Positions 56,553 through 64,000 of a DNA stretch of 64,000 bases are shown here, one piece after another. The position numbers and the translations under genes are program-made. The notes under the pieces were generated by a model. It saw only the letters and a list, made by a program, of their open reading frames with translations, did not search any database and had not been told where the DNA came from. Within the stretch, counting starts at the first letter, position 1. Every line of letters starts with the position of its first letter. This DNA is from an uncultured Rikenellaceae bacterium. GTDB taxonomy: Bacteria; Bacteroidota; Bacteroidia; Bacteroidales; VadinHA17. The stretch spans positions 6,340 through 70,339 of the forward strand of contig CAYSXP010000015.1 in assembly GCA_964435015.1 (NCBI GenBank), in the 5' to 3' direction.

Positions 56553-58835
56553 ATGAAAAGGATCTTCACCCTCCTGTTCTATACAATGCTTTCACTATCG
56601 GTGCTGGTTTCATGCAGGGAAAAACAGTCTCTTTCCGGACTTGTAAATGTTTTTATAGGGACCGGCGGGCATGGTCATACTTTCCCCGGGGCAACCGTTC
56701 CATTCGGGATGGTTCAGCTCAGCCCCGACACAAGGATTGATGGCTGGGATGCCTGCTCAGGATATCATGATGACGACAGGACAATAATAGGTTTTTCCCA
56801 TACTCATCTGAGCGGGACGGGGATCGGTGATTACGGTGACATCCTGATCATGCCCGTATCAGGAAGGAAAGCCCTGGTAAGGGGTGATGAAAAAGTTCCC
56901 GGATCGGGATACAGGTCAGGCTTTTCCAAATCCAATGAGAAGGGCTCTCCCGGCTATTACTCCGTCATTCTTGACGATTACGGCATCAGGGCTGAACTTA
57001 CTGCTACAACCAGGGCCGGGTTTCATCGTTACACTTTTCCTGAATCAGATGAATCGGGAATGATAATTGACCTGGATCATACCCTTCAGTCGCATGAAAA
57101 CCTGCTTCTCCGGATAAAGGTGATCAGTGATACGGAAATTGAGGGTGTAAAGATCACAAGGGGATGGGCGAAATACCATCCGGTATATTTTTATGCGAAA
57201 TTCTCAAAACCATTCAGTTATGTTCTTGCTGCCGACAATGTTCCGGATTCTTCGTTAAAGGAAGCGGAAGGCCGGAATCTCAAGGCCATGATTTCATTCG
57301 GTACAGCAAAGGATGAACAGGTACTGGTCAAGGTTGGTATTTCTTCCGTTGATATTGAGGGAGCCAGGAACAATGTCGTGACGGAGATCCCGGGATGGGA
57401 TTTTGAAAAGGTCAGGCTTCAGGCTCAGGAAGCCTGGGACAGGGAGCTGGGCAAGATTAAGGTTGAAGGCGGGACGGATGATCAGAAGGTGATTTTTTAC
57501 ACTGCCCTGTATCATTCAATGATAAGCCCCAATGTTTTTTCCGATGCTGACGGGCGTTATTTTGGCATGGATCACAAGATCCACAGTTCGGACGGTTCGC
57601 TCAATTACACTGTCTTTTCACTATGGGACACCTTCAGGGCCGAACATCCGCTCCTGGCGCTCATCAATCCCTCGCGCGATGCCGCGATGATAAGGTCGCT
57701 GCTGAAGAAATCTGATGAAGGCGGCCTGCTGCCCATGTGGGATCTGGCTTCCAACTATACAGGTACAATGATCGGCTATCATGCGGTCCCGGTCATCGTC
57801 GATGCATATGTAAAGGGAATCCGTGATTTCGATGCGGAAAAGGCATTCAGGGCCATGGTTCGGGCGTCTGATTTCGACACAACCAATATCAACGCCGCTG
57901 ACAGGGATATTCTGATGTTGCTGATGCCGCTGGCCAAATACTATAACAACACACTGGGGTACGTTCCTGCCGACAAGGACAACCAGTCGGTGGCGAAGGC
58001 CCTTGAGTTTGCCTACGACGACTGGTGTATTGCCCGGATGGTCAGGGAACTTGGAAAGGAAAAGGAATATGGGATTTATTCGGAAAGAGCGTTGCGCTAT
58101 AAAAAATATTATGACCCGGTTACCGGTTTTATGAGAGGCAGAATGTCGTCGGGGGAATGGAGAACCCCGTTTAATCCCAGGTACTCTGATCATTTTCAGG
58201 CTGACTATGTTGAGGGAAATGCCTGGCAATGGACATGGTTCGTGCCCCATGATCCGGCCGGGCTGATTGATCTTATGGGAGGAAGGGAGAGATTCACTGC
58301 CAAACTTGATTCCCTTTTCACCGTTGAGTCCACAATTGAAGGAGAGAACAAGTCAGCCGATATTTCCGGGCTTATAGGGCAGTATGCCCATGGGAACGAA
58401 CCAAGTCATCATATAATTTATTTCTACAACTATGCCGGCCAGCCCTGGAAGACCCAGAAGCTTGCAGATCAGATCCTTAATACATTGTATTTTAACAATC
58501 CTGACGGTTTGTCGGGCAATGAGGACTGTGGTCAGATGTCGGCATGGTATGTTCTCAATGCATTGGGATTTTATCCGGTTGCGCCCGGCGACCCTGCCTA
58601 TTCAATAGGCCGCCCCTTGTTTGACAAGGCTGTTGTCAGTCTGGAAAACGGCAGGAAATTCTCTGTAACTGCAATAAACAATTCCGCTGAGAATATTTAC
58701 ATACAAAAGATCACGCTGAACGGCAGGCCGCTGGATGTTCCTTTTTTCGCGCATAAGGATATTGCCGGTGGCGGGGAGATGGTTGTTGAGATGGGTCCGT
58801 CACCCTCCTTTACCTGGGGACTAATGGAGAAGTAA
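56553..58835 (+). CDS. GH92 alpha-mannosidase, lipoprotein
   Basis: VNVFIGTGGHGHTFPGA..PFGMVQLSPD, FSHTHLSG.G..DYG, SLWDTFRA, EGNAWQW, HGNEPSHH and GNEDCGQMSAWY; start moved to ATG 56553. Confidence 0.96.
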   Translation: MKRIFTLLFYTMLSLSVLVSCREKQSLSGLVNVFIGTGGHGHTFPGATVPFGMVQLSPDTRIDGWDACSGYHDDDRTIIGFSHTHLSGTGIGDYGDILIMPVSGRKALVRGDEKVPGSGYRSGFSKSNEKGSPGYYSVILDDYGIRAELTATTRAGFHRYTFPESDESGMIIDLDHTLQSHENLLLRIKVISDTEIEGVKITRGWAKYHPVYFYAKFSKPFSYVLAADNVPDSSLKEAEGRNLKAMISFGTAKDEQVLVKVGISSVDIEGARNNVVTEIPGWDFEKVRLQAQEAWDRELGKIKVEGGTDDQKVIFYTALYHSMISPNVFSDADGRYFGMDHKIHSSDGSLNYTVFSLWDTFRAEHPLLALINPSRDAAMIRSLLKKSDEGGLLPMWDLASNYTGTMIGYHAVPVIVDAYVKGIRDFDAEKAFRAMVRASDFDTTNINAADRDILMLLMPLAKYYNNTLGYVPADKDNQSVAKALEFAYDDWCIARMVRELGKEKEYGIYSERALRYKKYYDPVTGFMRGRMSSGEWRTPFNPRYSDHFQADYVEGNAWQWTWFVPHDPAGLIDLMGGRERFTAKLDSLFTVESTIEGENKSADISGLIGQYAHGNEPSHHIIYFYNYAGQPWKTQKLADQILNTLYFNNPDGLSGNEDCGQMSAWYVLNALGFYPVAPGDPAYSIGRPLFDKAVVSLENGRKFSVTAINNSAENIYIQKITLNGRPLDVPFFAHKDIAGGGEMVVEMGPSPSFTWGLMEK

Positions 58836-58869
58836 AAGACATTCAGATACATAACCTCCCTTCGGAATA

Positions 58870-61509
58870 TTATTTTAATCCGAAGCGGTAACTGAATTTC
58901 ACAAGAAACACATTATTGTAACTGTCGGTTCCTTTGCTGAAAAGATTTTCCAGGTCATTGTAAAAATGCATTCTGCCTGAATTATCGTATCCCTGCCTGT
59001 TCTGGCTCCAGACCAGATACACGGTTGATCCAGGCGAAAACTCCCACCTGAGAACGAGGTTGGAGAGGAACTCCCGTACATTGAAATCGACCCTGTCAAA
59101 CCTGTAATCGGCAATACCGTCAGAGTTCTCATCAATGTCAAAGTAATCAGCTCCCTGTGTTGCCTGCTCACCGGTGTAAGTTCTGAACCTCCCGGTGAAT
59201 GTATCAGCAAGAGGGTTTGTGATGTATTTATATGAATTGTACCTGCCGGTTGCTATGAACGGCTGGCCCCAGTACTGAAGGGTAAGATCGGGTTTCAGGT
59301 TGAAATTGATCCTGAAGGAAGCGCTGATCGTTTCCCTGTTGATGCGGGCAAAAACATACCTGTCATTGTTGTTGAACTGCAGCGTTGTGACATACTGAAG
59401 TTCAGTGAATGATCTGTTGTATGCCGGACCGAGGAAGAATGAAAGATAATTGGCTGGTTTATAAGATAATTCCAGGCTGGTATATGTGCTTCTGCTGTAA
59501 TCCCGGAAGCCCTTGTTGTAATTTGAGAAGAATTGAAGGCCGAGCTTTTTACGGCTGTCGGTTGAGAAGCCAAATTGCCAGCGAAATCTTCCGGGCAGTT
59601 TCATCATCGGGCCGCCCCTGAGCATGTCAGCACTTAATGAAGCGGCCTCTATGTTACCGCCTGTCCACAGGTTCCAGTAGTTCTTGAGGGTCATGCTGGC
59701 GTTTGTTTCAAAGCCTTTGCCGGCGTTGTTTCCGCCGAAATCCCAGAAGGAAAAGACATCCGCATTGATATTGTATCTCCTGTATATTCCCCTGGGTTCC
59801 CATTCGTGGTAACCGGCCCAGAGCACAGCCATTATCTGGTCGGAGTTCTGGCTGTAGCCGAGGTCATTTATTTCAAAGCCAGGAGTTTTCCAGGTCATCA
59901 CCCCCATAAGGTTGAGGTGCCCGTCGAGTTTCATAAGCTGCAGCCTGCCGCCTGTTCCTGCGAGTGATCTCCTGTCAGGATCAAACCTTGCATACTCCTT
60001 GTCGGGTCTCTGGAAGTAGCGGGCTGAAGATTTTTGTGTTTCCGCAATGGCCTCCCTCGTTCCGCTGACCTGGCTGAAAGCCGTGCTGACACTCAGCATC
60101 CAGCTTTTGTCCCTGAAATACCGGGTGAAATCGAGCCCTCCGGTATAGGCTGATTTATGCATGAATGCTTCAGGATTGCCGTCAAGATCCCTGTTGGTTC
60201 CGGTAAAGATGCCGCCAAAAATGGTTTTCCCCTCATTCAGGTCTTTCTGAACCCTGCCGACAAGGTAATTGGTCAGTGGTTCCACGGTCTCATACGAGCT
60301 TTCGCCTGACCTGGATATCTCAGCCTTTTCTTCGGCTGTGACTGCCTCGATGAATCCGACCGAGAGCCCTTTGCCGGTTTTGCCGGTAAGCTTGGCTGCT
60401 CCGAGGATAGTTGTAAATTTCGGGATATCGGCATACATGCCCTCGTCCAGATCAGGATTTCCCCGCGGTCTGCGGCCTATCCGCCTCGAATAGAACAGAT
60501 TGTCATTTCCAACATCACCGTCGCCAATTCCAAGGTTGAAATTGGTTATATTGTTACCCTCAATAAAGAAAGGTCGCTTTTCCCTGAAGAATGTTTCGTA
60601 GGCAGAAAGATTCACTTCTGACGGATCGGCTTCAACCTGACCGAAATCGGGATTTATTGCGAGATCCATTGTCATGTTGCTGGTGACGCCGATTTTTGCA
60701 TCTATGCCGCCATTGAAGCCGTACCTGCGTCCTTTTTGCAGAAATGGATTCGCCGGGTCGGCCTTATAGGTTTCCCCCCGGGCAACCCCGTATGGAGTTA
60801 TATCGAAGATCTTTCCGGGTTTGATCTCCCTGAGTCCGGTCAATTCTCCCAGGAGATGAATAAGTCCGGGGGCATCTTTGGGTATGTGCTGCCAGAAGCT
60901 GGTTTCGCGCTTCCTGTATAAAACCCTGGCAACCTGCAGACCCCATATATCTCCGGAGTTTTTTTCGAAGCGGAGCTGGCTGAAAGGGATCTTCATTTCA
61001 GCCACCCAGCCTTCAGGGTTAACCGAAGTTTTGACCCACCAGTTCGGATCCCATGAGGAATCTTCAGTCTGACCGTCATTTGTGAACACCTGGTCATATT
61101 TGACACCGGCGGAACTTATTCCAAAAAGGAAGCCCGTCCGGAGGTCATGAAAACTGTCGAATATTATGGCCACCATGTCACCGTCGGAATTGTCGCGCCT
61201 CGTAAGGCGCCGTACAATGCTGTCGGGGCTCGTGTCGAAAGCCCTTATGGCTGCATAGATGTTATTATTGTCAAAAAGTATTTTGAATTCGGTCTTTTGA
61301 GACGATCTGCCTCCGTTGTAGGGTTCATATTGGGTGAAATCATCTATCCAGGTCCCTTCATTCATCCAGGCTTCATCATCAAGTATTCCGTCGATCACGG
61401 GTGCTGCCGAGAGCTTTTCAGCCCTGTATTGCTTTTTCCCGGATGTCTGTCCGGTCACACCCGGGAAGATCAGCAACAAGCTGAGAAAATATATCAGGAT
61501 TCTTTTCAT
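58870..61509 (-). CDS. CBM9-like plus DUF5916 domain outer-membrane protein
   Basis: PVIDGILDD..W, GWVAEMKIPFSQLRF, INPDFGQVEAD...NLS.YETFF.EKRPFFIEG and C-terminal VKFSYRF. Promoter box TAGCTTTG at 61576-61569. Confidence 0.9.
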   Translation of the reverse strand: MKRILIYFLSLLLIFPGVTGQTSGKKQYRAEKLSAAPVIDGILDDEAWMNEGTWIDDFTQYEPYNGGRSSQKTEFKILFDNNNIYAAIRAFDTSPDSIVRRLTRRDNSDGDMVAIIFDSFHDLRTGFLFGISSAGVKYDQVFTNDGQTEDSSWDPNWWVKTSVNPEGWVAEMKIPFSQLRFEKNSGDIWGLQVARVLYRKRETSFWQHIPKDAPGLIHLLGELTGLREIKPGKIFDITPYGVARGETYKADPANPFLQKGRRYGFNGGIDAKIGVTSNMTMDLAINPDFGQVEADPSEVNLSAYETFFREKRPFFIEGNNITNFNLGIGDGDVGNDNLFYSRRIGRRPRGNPDLDEGMYADIPKFTTILGAAKLTGKTGKGLSVGFIEAVTAEEKAEISRSGESSYETVEPLTNYLVGRVQKDLNEGKTIFGGIFTGTNRDLDGNPEAFMHKSAYTGGLDFTRYFRDKSWMLSVSTAFSQVSGTREAIAETQKSSARYFQRPDKEYARFDPDRRSLAGTGGRLQLMKLDGHLNLMGVMTWKTPGFEINDLGYSQNSDQIMAVLWAGYHEWEPRGIYRRYNINADVFSFWDFGGNNAGKGFETNASMTLKNYWNLWTGGNIEAASLSADMLRGGPMMKLPGRFRWQFGFSTDSRKKLGLQFFSNYNKGFRDYSRSTYTSLELSYKPANYLSFFLGPAYNRSFTELQYVTTLQFNNNDRYVFARINRETISASFRINFNLKPDLTLQYWGQPFIATGRYNSYKYITNPLADTFTGRFRTYTGEQATQGADYFDIDENSDGIADYRFDRVDFNVREFLSNLVLRWEFSPGSTVYLVWSQNRQGYDNSGRMHFYNDLENLFSKGTDSYNNVFLVKFSYRFGLK

Positions 61510-61793
61510 GGAGAATTTTACAATCTGTTTACTTTTTACTTAATGACGTCCCGGATCAGAAAATGATGCAAAGCTAAGCTATTTGGAATCATTCTTGACA
61601 ATAAGGTTAAAAACCCGTGCACCCCCTTCGTTTACCGGCATTTTCCCGTGTTTTCGGATTTTTTTCATCAGAGGGTATATCATGAAAGCAGATATCCCTG
61701 AGCTGATTAATTTTATGCCTGATCAGACAATTGTGGTTTTACCGGGATGGCGGCAATTCAAATTTTGCTATCTTGGTTCAAAAACTCAGGACA

Positions 61794-62606
61794 ATGTTAT
61801 CCAGAAGATCATTTTTATTGAAAAGCGCAGCGGCTGCATCTGCAGCATTGATGGCACAGACTTCATTGGCACTGGCCGTGACTTTGGCCGGATCTTCACC
61901 GCTCACAGGCAAGAAAGTACTGTTCGTCTGGGGAGGATGGATGGGGCATGAGCCTGACAAGTGCCGTGATATATTTGTTCCATGGCTCCGGTCCGAGGGG
62001 GCGGTTGTAACGGTTTCCGACACCCTGGAATCGTATGTTAAGCTTGATATGAAGAATGAAGCCGACCTGATCATCCAGGCCTGGACCATGGGGCAGATAG
62101 AGGGAGAACAGGAGAAAGCTCTTCTTGAGGCTGTCTCGTCAGGGACCGGTATTGCCGGGTGGCACGGGGGGCTGGGTGACTCGTTCCGTAACAATACCGA
62201 ATACCAGTTCATGGCAGGCGGTCAATGGGTGGCGCATCCCGGCGGGGTGATTGATTACAGGGTCAATATAACGGATCATGACGATCCTGTCACGAAGGGC
62301 CTTGCTGATTTTGACATGCATTCCGAACAGTATTACATGCATGTTGATCCGAATGTCAAAGTGCTTGCAACAACAACCTTCAGCGACAAATATGCCGGCT
62401 GGATAGGCGGAAGCGTGGTACCTGTTGCTTGGAAGAAATACTATGGAAGGGGGCGCGTTTTTTATTCGTCGCTGGGCCATGTTGCATCCGATTTCTCTGT
62501 TCCCCAGGCGCTTGAGATCATGAAACGCGGAATCCGATGGGCCTGCATGAGCCGGTATGAACCGGTTGAACAATGGCAGCAGCCTGTCTACGGAAGGCTG
62601 CGCTGA
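61794..62606 (+). CDS. Tat-exported ThuA-like domain protein
   Basis: MLSRRSFLLK leader; VLFVWGGWMGHEP, GWHGGLGDSFR, GGQWVAHPG, SEQYYMHVDP and GRVFYSSLGH. Confidence 0.9.
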   Translation: MLSRRSFLLKSAAAASAALMAQTSLALAVTLAGSSPLTGKKVLFVWGGWMGHEPDKCRDIFVPWLRSEGAVVTVSDTLESYVKLDMKNEADLIIQAWTMGQIEGEQEKALLEAVSSGTGIAGWHGGLGDSFRNNTEYQFMAGGQWVAHPGGVIDYRVNITDHDDPVTKGLADFDMHSEQYYMHVDPNVKVLATTTFSDKYAGWIGGSVVPVAWKKYYGRGRVFYSSLGHVASDFSVPQALEIMKRGIRWACMSRYEPVEQWQQPVYGRLR

Positions 62607-62761
62607 GATCGCGGGTCAGCCTGCCCGGGAGGAAAATCAGTCAGGTCAGCCCTGATTCAGAAATGCAGTCATGAGGGATTTTGTTTTTTCATGCAGCGAT
62701 TTTCCCGGCGTTCAGGAGTGTGTGTATCCGTGATGTAAAAAAAGATCCGGAGATTGAATAA

Positions 62762-63259
62762 CTACAGGTCATAGAGTTTAATAAACTCATAGGTGTTGCC
62801 TGTATGATCGAGGAATTTCAGGAAATCAGTTTTTGAAACAACGATCGAAGCAGTATTGACATTGGGATGAAAGGCAAGCCTGTCATATTCCAGCAGCTTT
62901 TCATCCATGAAAAGGTGGACATGCTTATCAGGATCATTGATAAGCCCGAAGGGTGAAACCGATCCGGGCTCAACCCCCAGGTATTTCATGAGCCTCTGGT
63001 CCGAGGCAAATGTAAGCTTTCCCTGCCGGAGTCTTTTCTCCAGATCGTGGATATCAAGCAGCCGGAGATGTTCAAGAATAACCAGGTAATGCCTGTTTCC
63101 CTTATGATTGCGGAAAAAGATGTTTTTACACCTTCCGGAGTTGTAATCTTTCCAGTGGATCTTCGCATCCTCAATTGTTGCAAGCGGCGGATGTTCGTGA
63201 TAATCAAAGCTTATTGACAATCTGCCGAGCAGTTCATAAAGCTCTTTCTGTCCTCTCAT
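62762..63259 (-). CDS. YbaK/ProX family prolyl-tRNA editing protein (PrdX-like)
   Basis: HEHPPL.TIE, CKNIFFRN.KG, LGVEPGSVSPFGLIND and FHPNVNTAS. Confidence 0.93.
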   Translation of the reverse strand: MRGQKELYELLGRLSISFDYHEHPPLATIEDAKIHWKDYNSGRCKNIFFRNHKGNRHYLVILEHLRLLDIHDLEKRLRQGKLTFASDQRLMKYLGVEPGSVSPFGLINDPDKHVHLFMDEKLLEYDRLAFHPNVNTASIVVSKTDFLKFLDHTGNTYEFIKLYDL

Positions 63260-63750
63260 ATCGTTGGATCCTTAAACAGTTCATCATTATCGCTGGCAGG
63301 CGTGTACCCTGTGTCTTCCGGCAGACCGTCGCGCCTGGAGGCCTCCACGGCCAAACGGTCGCACAGCTCATTTTCAGAATGGTTATTGTGCCCCTTTATC
63401 CAAACAAACCGTACATTATGCTGCCGGTAAACCTTAAGAAACCTTATCCACAGATCAGGGTTCTTTTTCTTCCTGAATCCTTTGGCCTCCCATTGGAACA
63501 CCCATCCTTTTGTTACAGAATCAGCCACATACCTTGAGTCAGTGTATACAACAACCCGGCTGCCGGGTTTCTTGAGAGCTTCCAGTCCCGTTATTACGGC
63601 CAGGAGTTCCATCCTGTTGTTGGTTGTCAGCCTGAATCCCCCGGATTTTTCAAGTCGGTGTTTCCCGGAAACCAGGACTACTCCGTAACCTCCCGGTCCG
63701 GGGTTTCCGCTTGCGGCACCATCGGTGTAAATTGTTATTTCATTTGCCAT
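63256..63750 (-). CDS. rnhA: Ribonuclease HI
   Basis: IYTDGA.SGNPGPGGYG, TTNNRMELLAVI, YTDSRYV, KNPDLW, WIKGH and NELCDRLA. Confidence 0.97.
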   Translation of the reverse strand: MANEITIYTDGAASGNPGPGGYGVVLVSGKHRLEKSGGFRLTTNNRMELLAVITGLEALKKPGSRVVVYTDSRYVADSVTKGWVFQWEAKGFRKKKNPDLWIRFLKVYRQHNVRFVWIKGHNNHSENELCDRLAVEASRRDGLPEDTGYTPASDNDELFKDPTI

Positions 63751-64000
63751 TGGCAATAATTATTCCGGTGTTGGTCAGGAAAAGCTTGATGGCGATTGAC
63801 AGGAGGATCACGCCAAAAATCTTTTTCAGTATCTGAAGTCCCCCTTTCCCAAACAGCTTTTCAAACCTCGATGTCAGCCTTAAAACAAGGTAGATGACCA
63901 CCATATTCAGAACAAGTGCAATGAAAATATTGACAGTTGCATATTCTGCCTTTAATGACACGATTGTAGTAATCGACCCTGCTCCGGCTATCAGGGGAAA
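63740..64000 (-). CDS. MarC family integral membrane protein (partial; N-terminus outside the window)
   Basis: Reads FPLIAGAGSITTIVSL from the window edge, then G...L.KIFGVILLSIAIKL. Confidence 0.88.
   Translation of the reverse strand, partial: FPLIAGAGSITTIVSLKAEYATVNIFIALVLNMVVIYLVLRLTSRFEKLFGKGGLQILKKIFGVILLSIAIKLFLTNTGIIIANGK

Noticed and set aside
549-63688. About 140 short or antisense ORFs in the six-frame track (e.g. 17675-18403, 57621-58250, 24605-25258, 15732-16307)
   Set aside because: They overlap well-supported genes on the opposite strand or in another frame and carry no recognisable motifs. They are treated as shadow ORFs.
1-64000. Prophage, integrase, restriction-modification, retron or other defence system
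   Set aside because: No integrase, structural phage gene, methyltransferase, nuclease or reverse-transcriptase motifs were recognised in any long ORF.

Overview
This is a 64-kb chromosomal stretch from a Bacteroidota genome, probably an environmental or anaerobic Bacteroidales-type organism. The assignment rests on TAnnTTTG -7 promoter boxes, a T9SS C-terminal domain and typical CAZyme families. It holds about 50 real CDSs. Housekeeping genes include glnS, folB, the three-gene pntAB, araA/araD, acyP, rnhA, prdX and marC. CAZymes (GH26, GH106, GH18, GH97, GH2 CsxA-like, GH92, a sulfatase and two GH-like unknowns) are dispersed with no SusC/SusD. There are two tRNAs (Gln-CTG, Cys-GCA), each with a degenerate shadow copy carrying hairpin insertions. 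Mobile DNA consists of an IS66 remnant and a stand-alone IS200-type Y1 transposase flanked by 11 REP-like units whose stems covary. The most notable candidates are: (1) a DUF362 protein with both a Tat signal and a T9SS C-terminal domain; (2) a tight phosphatase-dgkA-ceramide-synthase-like (GNAT) operon; (3) an orphan flexirubin/aryl-polyene-type cassette (ABC, HTH, BtrH, ACP) lacking ketosynthases; and (4) several normally cytoplasmic enzymes with twin-arginine leaders. No CRISPR array, prophage or recognisable defence system was seen. All family calls are by motif recognition; no database search was run.
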